Assembly (NCBI GenBank): GCA_043753245.1
Contig: JAYUXA010000217.1
Coordinates: forward strand, 1 to 37,997
Reading direction: 5' to 3'
Origin: Chitinophagaceae bacterium
Lineage (GTDB): Bacteria; Bacteroidota; Bacteroidia; Chitinophagales; Chitinophagaceae
Length of the DNA stretch: 37,997 nucleotides
A program made the translations under genes and the position numbers. How positions within the stretch are numbered: the first letter of the stretch is position 1; every line of letters starts with the position of its first letter. Below the pieces are notes generated by a model, which saw only the letters and a list, made by a program, of their open reading frames with translations, was not told the DNA's origin and ran no database searches. Shown here piece by piece: positions 26,049-35,283 of the stretch.

Positions 26049-27291
26049 TCAGATCGTTTGCTGACGCTTTACCCATAGCTGTTTTCAAGGCCAGGTTAAC
26101 TTCATTATACGTTTCCCCTGCCAGTCCGGCCGTTTCTGCTTTTGCTTTTAGCTGTTCAGCCGGCAAAGCCCGGGGTATTTGTGCATTGGTGAAGTAATAG
26201 CTCGCTTCTTTTGGTAACAGTTTAAGCACACGGTCTATATCTTTGTCTTTGACCATTCCCAGCACTATATGAAGTCTGTGAAAATCGGATAATTCAATTT
26301 GCCTGAGCACCTGTTGTATCCCTTCACCATTGTGCGCCACTTCCAATACCACTTCGGGGTGCTGATGCACCACTTCCCATCTTCCATGAAGGCCAGTTAA
26401 TTTCTTTACCTGCGTTAAAGCCGCCAATACTTTAGGTTCGGGTAACTGATAGCCGAATGACCGTAGCTGGTGTACAGCCTCGCAAACCGTTATCAGATTT
26501 TTTAACTGATAATATCCCGGCAGGTCCAGCTGGTAACTAACGCGGCTGTCGTCTTTATTTTCTATTACATCGGTAGTTAAATAGCCTTTTTCATGTTTCC
26601 ATTCGGATACGTACCTTAATTTATCTGCAAATATGATTGAAGCATCATTTAACGCTGCAACCGAATTAAATACATCTGCAGTTGCAGAAGAATACTCACC
26701 AATAATTACAGGAATATTCTTTTTTATAATTCCTGCTTTTTCTGCTGCGATCAATTCGAGTGTATCCCCGAGCAGATTCATGTGGTCGAGTCCGATATTC
26801 GTGATTATGCTTAATTCCGGAGTAATTACATTGGTGCTATCCAGTCTTCCTCCTAATCCTGTTTCTATAACGGCAATGTCTACCTGTTGTTTATGAAAAT
26901 AATCAAATGCCATTCCTACCGTGATCTCAAAGAAAGAAGGATTAATTTCATCTATCAGCGGTCGTATGTTTTCGGTAAAGGAGGTGACAAAATCCTGTTC
27001 AATTTTTTTACCATTTACTTTAATACGCTCTCTGAAGTCTTTTAAATGAGGAGAGGTGTATAATCCGGTTTTATATCCGCAGTGTTGCAATATGGCGGCA
27101 AGCATATGGCTGCAGGAGCCTTTGCCATTGGTGCCGGCAAGATGAACGGTTTTTATGTTCTGCTGGGGATCATTTAAAAAGGAACATATCCTGATCGTAT
27201 TTACAAGGGTAGGACGCAGGGCTGCAGGGCCGATACGGCTAAACATGGGCAGCCTGGTAAGGAGGTAATCAAGCGTCTCAGCATAATTCAT
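25993..27291 (-). CDS. folC: Bifunctional folylpolyglutamate synthase / dihydrofolate synthase
   Basis: It has a Mur-ligase P-loop (HLAGTNGKGS), ETGLGGRLDSTNV and a C-terminal VCGSVFVVGE. Confidence 0.9.
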   Translation of the reverse strand: MNYAETLDYLLTRLPMFSRIGPAALRPTLVNTIRICSFLNDPQQNIKTVHLAGTNGKGSCSHMLAAILQHCGYKTGLYTSPHLKDFRERIKVNGKKIEQDFVTSFTENIRPLIDEINPSFFEITVGMAFDYFHKQQVDIAVIETGLGGRLDSTNVITPELSIITNIGLDHMNLLGDTLELIAAEKAGIIKKNIPVIIGEYSSATADVFNSVAALNDASIIFADKLRYVSEWKHEKGYLTTDVIENKDDSRVSYQLDLPGYYQLKNLITVCEAVHQLRSFGYQLPEPKVLAALTQVKKLTGLHGRWEVVHQHPEVVLEVAHNGEGIQQVLRQIELSDFHRLHIVLGMVKDKDIDRVLKLLPKEASYYFTNAQIPRALPAEQLKAKAETAGLAGETYNEVNLALKTAMGKASANDLIIVCGSVFVVGEVSLFHT

Positions 27292-27305
27292 ATATTAAAG
27301 TATGA

Positions 27306-28181
27306 TCAGCTTTTCAATTTAAAATTGAACTGCAATGTACCTGAAGATTCATCGCTGCCGGAATTAAATTTTACCTGTTTTGCTTTACGGATAGCGATCG
27401 CTATCAGACCGGGATCTGAAGTGGTGGATCCTTTTTGCTGGTATGCCACTTCAACAACATTGCCTTCCGCATCAATTTTTATGTCAACGGCTACTTTTGC
27501 ATTTTCATTGAAATCATCTTCAAAGGAAGGTCTTTTAATAATATTTCTGCCTGAGAGACCTCTGAGTTTTGCCACCCCGGAATTGCCTGCGCCACCTCCT
27601 TTGTAGTTGTCTGCGTCCGGATTGCCACCCGTACTTCCCTGATCACCCCGTCCGGCGGTAACACCTTCGCTTCCTCCTTTTTTAAAATTATCTGCTTCAT
27701 TGCCTCCGGTTCCGGTACCGTTAACACCTTTGAATACCGCTTTAGGTTTCGGAGGTGCCTGCACTACCGGCTCCACTATGGCGGCTGGTTTTTTTACAGG
27801 TTTAATTTTTACCGCGTCTTTTTCAGGGATTTTTACCGCATTTGGCGTGGTAACAGGTGGTTTAACCACAACAGGCGCATCGGGATCCTTATCATCGGTT
27901 TCAAAATCTTTAACATCCTCCGAAGCGCTTTTTTCCTGTTTAGGCGTCACATAAGCCTGCTGGTCTGCAGGTGCAGGCTTACCAGGTAAAAAAGGCTGGT
28001 CTGTTCCAAACCCCTGATCGCTATTCCCCAGGTTCACTTCAATTCCTTCTTCCTCCGGCGGCGGCGGAATGGAGGGCATGGTCCATTTCACAAATAAAAG
28101 AACACAAAGAAGGAGCGTACAAACCAGGGCAGTATACCCCGAGGCTTTTACGTTTTTCTGCGATTCAAAATTATCTGTCAT
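27306..28181 (-). CDS. TonB-like energy-transducer family protein (N-terminal anchor, Pro/Lys-rich spacer, Gly-rich segment, TonB_C-like end)
   Basis: The product has a TM helix (YTALVCTLLLCVLLFV) and PPPPEEE followed by a KP/VKP-rich spacer. Its C-terminal ~70 aa (AKVAVDIKIDAEGNVVEV...GTLQFNFKLK) resembles a TonB C-terminal fold. No exbB/exbD genes are adjacent. Confidence 0.55.
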   Translation of the reverse strand: MTDNFESQKNVKASGYTALVCTLLLCVLLFVKWTMPSIPPPPEEEGIEVNLGNSDQGFGTDQPFLPGKPAPADQQAYVTPKQEKSASEDVKDFETDDKDPDAPVVVKPPVTTPNAVKIPEKDAVKIKPVKKPAAIVEPVVQAPPKPKAVFKGVNGTGTGGNEADNFKKGGSEGVTAGRGDQGSTGGNPDADNYKGGGAGNSGVAKLRGLSGRNIIKRPSFEDDFNENAKVAVDIKIDAEGNVVEVAYQQKGSTTSDPGLIAIAIRKAKQVKFNSGSDESSGTLQFNFKLKS

Positions 28182-28269
28182 AGGTGCTAAGTTAAGCCTA
28201 TATCTGTTAAAAAAATGTCATGCGGGGAGGAGCGCGGGGCCCTTTACCCTCCATTGATTAATGCTAACA

Positions 28270-29568
28270 CTAAAGCGCAAAGTCCATCTCGAAATTTCCT
28301 TTTATCCTTTCCATTGGCGGATTAAAATACCCGAATTTGAGGTCCGGAAATTCGTCCCTGATCAGTTCCATTAATTGTTTTACTCCAAGCATTTCCCCGG
28401 TCTCGTGCACACCGATTTTCCCGAGATACCAGTCGGGGTCGATGTTGAAATTTCTCCACTGGATCATAGACAATCCCGTTTCACTGATCAGTTTTCTGAG
28501 TGCCTCGTATTCGTCTGCGCTATCGGTCATACCAGGAAATACAAAGTAATTAATACTGGTCCATCCACCATAACTTTTCACTACTTTCAGACTTTCCACA
28601 ATGTCTTCAAAGACATAATTGTTCGGACGGTAGTATTTTTCGTAAATATCCTTTCTTGCAGAGTTCGTACTTACGCGAATAGAATTTAAACCCGCTTCAC
28701 ATAGCGCTTTTACTGCATTAGGCTTCGAGCCATTGGTATTTATATTAATACTTCCCAGTAAAGTATGTTTTCTGATTTCTATAATAGCCGTGCGGATTGT
28801 TTCCCACATCAGTAGCGGTTCTCCCTCGCAGCCTTGTCCGAAACTGACAATCGGAAAGGGCGCTGTTTGTAAATGAGGAACGGTAAATTCAACGATTTCT
28901 TCTGCTGTCGGTTTAAAGGTTAACCGGTCCTGGGTAGAAACAATATTTTCTTCTTCCGGCTGAAAAGAGATACAACCAATACAATTAGCATTACACGCAG
29001 GAGACGTTGGTACCGGGCATTCCCATCTGCCGGAAAAATAGTTTCTTGCAGCAGGACAATGATAGGTGAGACAGCATTTTTCAGAGAGATGTTTTATCAA
29101 CCTGTTGGCCGGAAATGCAGCTACCATGTTTCGGACACCTTCATTTATTAATGCATCATGGTATCCGATGGCTTCCTGGCGAATATCTTTTTCGATCCGT
29201 ACTGCCGGAACATAAAACATATCATTATACCATCCTGCTGCAGTGTAACAAAACAACGGCAGGGTAGGAGCACCCGGGGAAGTTTCATAAGCAGCTAAAT
29301 ACAAACCGGTATGCGCCGGAGGAATAAATGCAGCAACCGCCCAGCCTTTTTCACACAGCCGCATGGCTCCGGATACGGTATCAACACCAATTCCTCTCCT
29401 GCCAGGCAATTCATATAAAGAACCTCCTGCAGGAAGTTCAATCCATTCTTCGGAGGGTACTTCAAATGCATCCCAACCGCTGCGGCCAAGAGAAAACAGG
29501 GAGGTATCCTCGAAGATGGTTCCCTTACCATCTGAATACAGAATATAGGGTGAATGGGGTAATTGCAT
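28270..29568 (-). CDS. Radical SAM protein with uncharacterised ~180 aa N-terminal domain
   Basis: The CX3CX2C motif CNANCIGC is encoded at 28972-28995 (Cys192/196/199). A GQGCEGEPLL glycine-rich SAM motif lies downstream. Extra Cys residues lie upstream (CCLTYHC...WEC). Confidence 0.8.
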   Translation of the reverse strand: MQLPHSPYILYSDGKGTIFEDTSLFSLGRSGWDAFEVPSEEWIELPAGGSLYELPGRRGIGVDTVSGAMRLCEKGWAVAAFIPPAHTGLYLAAYETSPGAPTLPLFCYTAAGWYNDMFYVPAVRIEKDIRQEAIGYHDALINEGVRNMVAAFPANRLIKHLSEKCCLTYHCPAARNYFSGRWECPVPTSPACNANCIGCISFQPEEENIVSTQDRLTFKPTAEEIVEFTVPHLQTAPFPIVSFGQGCEGEPLLMWETIRTAIIEIRKHTLLGSININTNGSKPNAVKALCEAGLNSIRVSTNSARKDIYEKYYRPNNYVFEDIVESLKVVKSYGGWTSINYFVFPGMTDSADEYEALRKLISETGLSMIQWRNFNIDPDWYLGKIGVHETGEMLGVKQLMELIRDEFPDLKFGYFNPPMERIKGNFEMDFAL

Positions 29569-29602
29569 GCTGCTTATATTGCGACCAGTAAAATTATTCT
29601 TT

Positions 29603-30010
29603 TTAGTTCGTATATTTTTTTAAGCACCAGTCATTGAACGCGGCTTCCTTCAGTTCATTTGTTATTTCCTTCTGAAACAACCTGTTACTCTTAAAATGAA
29701 TACTCAGCAAACCATCCTTGAGCACCATAAATTCAATCTCTGACCAGGCATATTTCTTTTTGATCAATCCATTAAATACTAAATGAGAGGATAGATCAAC
29801 AGAAGGAATCAGATGAATGGCCCGGTATTCCAATACTGACAAAATCAAAATAAAGAATATGATGGGAATGTAAAATGCAGGCCGCGTGAAAAGCAATATT
29901 AAAATTAACAAAACTTTTATTCCTATCAGAACCCACCGGGTAAATAACAAAAATGGTTTGTTATCCTTTTTAAAAAAGAGATGATAAGTTGTTTCAGAAT
30001 CCGGGTCCAT
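29603..30010 (-). CDS. Hypothetical small membrane protein (two TM helices plus a ~65 aa soluble tail)
   Basis: The ORF is 135 aa, with hydrophobic segments FLLFTRWVLIGIKVLLILILLF and FYIPIIFFILILSVL. A 2 nt spacer separates it from the upstream arginase-family gene. No family was recognised. Confidence 0.45.
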   Translation of the reverse strand: MDPDSETTYHLFFKKDNKPFLLFTRWVLIGIKVLLILILLFTRPAFYIPIIFFILILSVLEYRAIHLIPSVDLSSHLVFNGLIKKKYAWSEIEFMVLKDGLLSIHFKSNRLFQKEITNELKEAAFNDWCLKKYTN

Positions 30011-30012
30011 AA

Positions 30013-31053
30013 TTAATTACCTGCTGCGAGCAGGTTACATAATTTTAATAATATCCTTGCACCTACGTTTGAATCCCATCCCGTTTCGCCGATACCTACT
30101 TCTACCAGGTCGAAACCAATAAGTGTCCTTCCGCTTTCAATCATTTTTTTCACCAGATAATATATTTGTTCCAATTCAAATCCTCCGGGTACGGGCGTTC
30201 CGGTATTAGGGCATAATTTAGGATCGAGGCCATCTATATCGAAACTCAGATAAATTTTTTCCGGCAGCTGGTTGATAATATCATCCGCAATCGTCTTCCA
30301 GTTCTGCCCTTCGAACAATTTTTCCTTGATATGTCTGTCAAAAAAAGTAGTCACCCGGTTATTGCTGGAAATAATAAAGTCCCATTCTTCCTGACTGTAA
30401 TCCCGAATGCCCACCTGAACCAGTTTCTGAATTTGAGGGATCTCTGCAAGGGCATTGTACATCACACTGGCATGACTGTATACAAAATGCTCATAGCTCT
30501 TTCTAAGATCGCAGTGTGCATCTATTTGCAGGATACCAAAATTGCCATGTTTTTCTGCAATAGCTTTCAGATATCCGAAAGAGATACTATGATCTCCTCC
30601 CAGAAGCGCCACCATTTTGCCTTTATTAATCAGGCTTTTGGTTTGCTCGTATACCCAGTTGTTTAAAAATATTCCACCCTCATTAATATCTTTCAGCGAC
30701 TTACACATGAAAGCATTCTTTTTCAACTCCTCGCCCCGGGATATATAATCGATATACAACTCGGCCTCCTTGCGGAGATAGTCGCTTTTCATTAGTATTT
30801 TTTTATCCGGCGGACGGAGATAGTATCCTTTCCTCCAGGTATGCGGATAATCGGCATCAAACACATCCACATGCATGCTGGCCTTGAAAATATGTTCGGT
30901 TGCACGGGAGGTGCCCGCAGTGAAACTAACGGTCACTTCCCAGGGAACGGGAAGTATCACCAGTTTCGCTTCGTCTTCAGTAATTGGAAATCCGTAGATG
31001 TTGTTGGTGGGATTACTTGCCCCGTTTGGATCAAAGTCTGAAAAGTTGCTCAT
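30013..31053 (-). CDS. Arginase/agmatinase/formimidoylglutamase-family (ureohydrolase) enzyme
   Basis: The Mn-binding motifs GGDHSIS, QIDAHCDLR and SFDIDGLDP are all intact. The ATG at 31053 (MSNFSDF...) is preferred over the ORF-track start at 31143. Confidence 0.85.
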   Translation of the reverse strand: MSNFSDFDPNGASNPTNNIYGFPITEDEAKLVILPVPWEVTVSFTAGTSRATEHIFKASMHVDVFDADYPHTWRKGYYLRPPDKKILMKSDYLRKEAELYIDYISRGEELKKNAFMCKSLKDINEGGIFLNNWVYEQTKSLINKGKMVALLGGDHSISFGYLKAIAEKHGNFGILQIDAHCDLRKSYEHFVYSHASVMYNALAEIPQIQKLVQVGIRDYSQEEWDFIISSNNRVTTFFDRHIKEKLFEGQNWKTIADDIINQLPEKIYLSFDIDGLDPKLCPNTGTPVPGGFELEQIYYLVKKMIESGRTLIGFDLVEVGIGETGWDSNVGARILLKLCNLLAAGN

Positions 31054-31169
31054 TTGTAATCTTTCTGTTGAAACGCTATGCAAGGTAATCACAAAATTCC
31101 TTCTGGTGAAGCATACAATAATGAAATCCGGAGCGTTTTTCAACTAACTTTACACGCGAATTCTAAAAT

Positions 31170-31583
31170 ATGAAGAAGATACACATTGTGATGCTTGTGG
31201 GAATTGCTGCGGTAATTGCCGTGCTGATCAGCCTGATGGGAGATTTATCCACCTACGAAACCCTGGCTTCCGCTAAACAGAAGCAGGGAAAATCCGTAAC
31301 GATCATTGCAAAACTGGATAAGTCGGATCCTATACACTACGATCCTTCCAAAAATGCCAATTATACCTCTTTCCATGTGATTGATTCATTAGGCAACAGA
31401 GCTAAGGTGGAGTATCATTTTGAAAAGCCTTTTGATATGGAAAAAAGTGAACGCATTGTGCTCAAAGGCAAAATGAATGGCGATGTGTTCGAGATCAACC
31501 GCAAAGACGGGATACTGATAAAATGTCCTTCAAAATATAAGGATGATCCTAAAGCTGCGCAGAATAACCTCAGCCAAAATTAG
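31170..31583 (+). CDS. ccmE: CcmE-like heme chaperone, cysteine (CXXXY) variant
   Basis: It has an N-terminal membrane anchor and an OB-fold-sized body. Its C-terminal motif is KCPSKY (Cys119 at 31524-31526, Tyr123 at 31536-31538), in the position where classical CcmE has HxxxY. Confidence 0.72.
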   Translation: MKKIHIVMLVGIAAVIAVLISLMGDLSTYETLASAKQKQGKSVTIIAKLDKSDPIHYDPSKNANYTSFHVIDSLGNRAKVEYHFEKPFDMEKSERIVLKGKMNGDVFEINRKDGILIKCPSKYKDDPKAAQNNLSQN

Positions 31584-31589
31584 CCGACG

Positions 31590-34040
31590 ATGAATTATTT
31601 AGGTGAACATCTTTTTCCGGGACAGATCGGTCATTTTTTGCTGATCCTTTCCCTGGTCACTTCTCTTGTTGCTGCCGTCTCCTTTTTTAAATCCTCATCT
31701 TCTGTTGTTCCTGAAGAACAGGCGGGTTGGAAAAAAATGGCCAGGATTGCTTTTTTTATAAATGCTGTTTCCGTGGCGGTAGTATTCTTCCTCATCTTTT
31801 TTATTATTTACAATCATTATTTTGAATACCATTATGCCTGGAACCATTCGGACAAGTCGTTGAATGCAGGATACCTCGTTAGCAGTATCTGGGAAGGCCA
31901 GGAAGGAAGTTTTTTATTGTGGACATTATGGAATAGCGCACTGGGGGTTGTACTTACCCGGACAGCAAAAAAATGGGAAGCACCTGTCATGACGGTGATC
32001 AGCATTACGCAGGTTTGCCTGGCCACTATGGTTATAGGTTTATATATTTTTAATATTAAAATCGGAAGCAATCCATTTTTACTGACAAGAGAAGTGTTTC
32101 AGGACGCGCCGATATTTAACCTGCCGAATTATTTAAATATTCCGAGCATGCAGGATGGTATAGGACTCAACCAGCTCCTGCAGAATTATTGGATGGTCAT
32201 TCATCCCCCTATATTATTTCTAGGTTTTGCTTCTACTATTGTACCCTTTTCGTACGCCATTGCTGGATTATGGAAACAGGATTACGGAGGCTGGGTAAAG
32301 TCGGCCCAGCCCTGGTCATTGTTTTCTGCAGGTATATTAGGACTGGGTATTATGATGGGTGCCCGCTGGGCGTATGAGTCTCTGAATTTCGGGGGCTACT
32401 GGGCCTGGGATCCTGTGGAAAATGCTTCACTGGTACCCTGGCTGATCATGGTGGCAGGCGTTCACACGCAGCTGATCTATAATTCGACTGGCCATTCACT
32501 CAGGCCAACGTATTTTTTCTTTCTTGCGAGTTTCATACTGATTTTATACTCTACCTATCTCACGCGCAGCGGTGATCTTCAGGATACCTCTGTGCATGCC
32601 TTTACCGGATCAGGACTTAACTGGCAACTGCGTTCATTCGTTGCCGTTTTCCTCTTACCTGCATCGGTTCTGTATATCTGGCGTTATAAAAAAATACCTT
32701 CCATTGCTAAGGAGGAAAGTTCCTATTCTAGAGAATTCTGGATGTTCATCGGCTCCCTGGTATTATTTCTTTCTGCCCTGTTCATTATATTGTTTACCTC
32801 GCTGCCGGTGATCAACAAAGTATTTAAAACCAACTTCACGGTAGGGGCGGACGTTGAATTCTTTTACAACCGTATTCAGATCTTTATTGCCGTTGTGCTG
32901 GGGATGTTAACGGCTATGACCCAGTATTTAAATTATAAGAACACTAATCGAAAAATAGTTGCCCGTAAGCTGCTGATACCTACTATTCTGGCAGTAGTGA
33001 TATCGCTGGCTATAAGCCTGTTTGGCCAGATCGAATACAATAAATTCGGACCTGGTTTCCTTGCTGCAATACACCTGGCCTTATTTGGAGGCGTGTATGC
33101 TACAGTAGCGAATGCGGGATACATCTGGATAGGACTGAAAGGAAAATTCAAAGCTGCAGGAGCTTCAGTAGGGCATGTTGGATTTGGACTGTTTCTGGTG
33201 GGTATCCTTATTTCGTCTTCTAAAAAAGAAGTACTGTCTATGAACAGGCTCAATCCGCTGAATTTCGGACCTGACAATAAAGAAAAGGGATTGGAAAATC
33301 AGACACTGTTTAAAGGGATCAGGACAGATATGGGCAAATACTGGGCTACTTATAAAGCAGACAGCATCGATGAGTTTGAAAAGACCACTTATTTCCATGT
33401 TGAAATGGAAAAAAAGGACGGTAAAGTAAAAAAGTTCACCCTTGCACCAGACCTGATCAAAAATACCAAAGGACAGGAAGGTCTTTCCCAGAATCCGGAC
33501 GCTAAACATTATTGGAACCGGGATATATTCAGTTATATCAGCTATGCGGAGGTCATGAACAAGGAACAGGACACCGCTCAATTCAAATCTCATTCTATGA
33601 AACCGGGTGATACGGCCTATTATTCTAATGGAATGATCATCCTGAACAGGGTCACCCCTAATCCTACGAATGAAAAGTATCATTTTGGGCCCGGAGATAC
33701 TGCTATCATGGCTGAGCTCGAGATTGTTGCCATTGATGGCAGGAAATATAAGGCGAGGCCGGTATTCTTTGTCAAAAACAACCTGATGCAATATTTCATG
33801 GATACGGTGCAGTCGCAGGGGCTGGCCATCAGCCTGTCTCAGGTGGTGGACAGTAAACATGTGGGTATCAGCGTGAAAGAATCCTCCCGGATGACTCCTT
33901 TTATTGCGCTTAAAGTATTGGAGTTCCCCTTTATTAATCTGGTATGGCTGGGGACTATTCTGATGGTTACCGGGTTTGCCATGAGTATCGTGCGCCGCGC
34001 CGGACTTTTAAGAAAAGGATCCGGGCTGACTAGGGTTTAA
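31590..34040 (+). CDS. CcmF/CcsA-family cytochrome c assembly (heme-handling WWD) protein, 816 aa
   Basis: The WWD motif GGYWAWDPVENASLVPW is present (WAWDPVEN at 32400-32423). There are many TM helices. A large soluble segment spans roughly residues 540-770 and precedes a final TM helix. The start is 6 nt after ccmE. Confidence 0.8.
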   Translation: MNYLGEHLFPGQIGHFLLILSLVTSLVAAVSFFKSSSSVVPEEQAGWKKMARIAFFINAVSVAVVFFLIFFIIYNHYFEYHYAWNHSDKSLNAGYLVSSIWEGQEGSFLLWTLWNSALGVVLTRTAKKWEAPVMTVISITQVCLATMVIGLYIFNIKIGSNPFLLTREVFQDAPIFNLPNYLNIPSMQDGIGLNQLLQNYWMVIHPPILFLGFASTIVPFSYAIAGLWKQDYGGWVKSAQPWSLFSAGILGLGIMMGARWAYESLNFGGYWAWDPVENASLVPWLIMVAGVHTQLIYNSTGHSLRPTYFFFLASFILILYSTYLTRSGDLQDTSVHAFTGSGLNWQLRSFVAVFLLPASVLYIWRYKKIPSIAKEESSYSREFWMFIGSLVLFLSALFIILFTSLPVINKVFKTNFTVGADVEFFYNRIQIFIAVVLGMLTAMTQYLNYKNTNRKIVARKLLIPTILAVVISLAISLFGQIEYNKFGPGFLAAIHLALFGGVYATVANAGYIWIGLKGKFKAAGASVGHVGFGLFLVGILISSSKKEVLSMNRLNPLNFGPDNKEKGLENQTLFKGIRTDMGKYWATYKADSIDEFEKTTYFHVEMEKKDGKVKKFTLAPDLIKNTKGQEGLSQNPDAKHYWNRDIFSYISYAEVMNKEQDTAQFKSHSMKPGDTAYYSNGMIILNRVTPNPTNEKYHFGPGDTAIMAELEIVAIDGRKYKARPVFFVKNNLMQYFMDTVQSQGLAISLSQVVDSKHVGISVKESSRMTPFIALKVLEFPFINLVWLGTILMVTGFAMSIVRRAGLLRKGSGLTRV

Positions 34041-34073
34041 CCCTTAAAAATCCTAAAAATATTAAGCAGGGTT

Positions 34074-34766
34074 ATGATGTACGTGAAAGAAGTATTAAAT
34101 TTACTTCTTAATATGTGCGTACCCGGTAAAATAGTATTCCATTTTCTGCTAATCAGTACGATGTGCCTGGCTGGCATGCCTCCTCTTCTTGCACAGTCCA
34201 TTGCCGATACAGTTCCTTTGATCCAACCGGTTCTGGGCCCTAATGACACCATAAAAGTCCCTGCGCGGGTAGTTAACAATGAAATCATTCCCGGCACCAC
34301 TATGGAGTGGGTTTTTGTATCTGTTCCATATCCTAAGGCATTGTTAAGAAAAAGACAGGAATGGGCCAGGTTGCGCAATGCCGTATACGTAACTTATCCT
34401 TACGCCCGCAAAGCAGGATTTATTATTAATGACATCAATTCGAAACTTTCTTACTCTGAGGACCGGGGAGACCGTAAAAAATATCTTAAGAGCCGTGAAA
34501 AAGATCTGAAAAAAGAATTTGCGGATCCAATAAAAGATCTATCCGTTTATCAGGGTAAAGTGCTCATGAAACTAATTAACAGGCAAACAGGTAATAATTG
34601 TTACGACATTCTAAAAGAATATAAGGGTGGTTTTAATGCACGTATATTCCAGACTGTTGCTTTTGTATTCGGAAGCAACCTTAAACAGAATTACGATGCC
34701 CTTGGGGAGGATCGTGTTATAGAAAGCATTGTCATGGAGATCGAACACTTGTACGGAAGGAGGTAA
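34074..34766 (+). CDS. Secreted conserved hypothetical protein (DUF4294-like)
   Basis: It has signal-peptide-like hydrophobic stretches, then a basic/helical body (RLRNAVYVTYPYARKAG...). The DUF4294 label is from memory only. An alternative start exists at 34113. Confidence 0.5.
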   Translation: MMYVKEVLNLLLNMCVPGKIVFHFLLISTMCLAGMPPLLAQSIADTVPLIQPVLGPNDTIKVPARVVNNEIIPGTTMEWVFVSVPYPKALLRKRQEWARLRNAVYVTYPYARKAGFIINDINSKLSYSEDRGDRKKYLKSREKDLKKEFADPIKDLSVYQGKVLMKLINRQTGNNCYDILKEYKGGFNARIFQTVAFVFGSNLKQNYDALGEDRVIESIVMEIEHLYGRR

Positions 34767-34791
34767 ATTATCCTGCTGCTTATTGTTCGTA

Positions 34792-35283
34792 TTACAGCCT
34801 GTTTATTTTCTCTAATAATCCTGTTGTGGAAAATCCTTTTAATATAGGATTAATAACTACCCTGCCTCCATTCGCAATCACTTCCCGGGAGCCGACAATC
34901 TGGTCTATAGTATAATCTCCTCCCTTAACCAGTACTTCCGGTTGTATGGCTTTAATAATTTCGAGAGGCGTATCTTCTTCAAAGATCACCACAGCGTCCA
35001 CAATTAGTAAAGAAGCCAGTAAGAGCGCGCGGGATTGCTCATCATTGACAGGCCTGTTTTCTCCTTTTAATTTCCGTGTGCTCAGATCAGAATTAAGACC
35101 CACCACCAGAAAATCTGCTTCTGAGGCGGCTTGCGAAAGGGATGCAATATGCCCGCTATGAAGAATATCAAAGCATCCGTTGGTAAAACTAACCGTCTTT
35201 CCCGGCATTCTGATCTGTGCAAGGGTATGCAGCAATTGATCCAGGGTCACTATCTTTTTAAGTATTGCTGTTGTATTTTTCAT
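34792..35283 (-). CDS. Cytidylyl/adenylyltransferase, RfaE domain-II-like (D-glycero-beta-D-manno-heptose-1-phosphate adenylyltransferase family)
   Basis: The nucleotidyltransferase motif FTNGCFDILHSGH is present (HxGH class). At 163 aa it is a stand-alone domain. It overlaps the upstream gene by 26 nt. Confidence 0.78.
   Translation of the reverse strand: MKNTTAILKKIVTLDQLLHTLAQIRMPGKTVSFTNGCFDILHSGHIASLSQAASEADFLVVGLNSDLSTRKLKGENRPVNDEQSRALLLASLLIVDAVVIFEEDTPLEIIKAIQPEVLVKGGDYTIDQIVGSREVIANGGRVVINPILKGFSTTGLLEKINRL

Noticed and set aside
33165-33860. A 231-aa minus-strand ORF inside the CcmF/CcsA-family gene.
   Set aside because: It is antisense to a continuous 816-aa frame with a clear WWD motif upstream. 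No recognisable domain is present, so it is likely a chance open frame.
34038-34073. An inverted repeat (taaccct ... agggtta) after the CcmF-family gene that could be a terminator.
   Set aside because: The stem is only 7 bp, the loop is ~22 nt and there is no T-tract. It is too weak to call.
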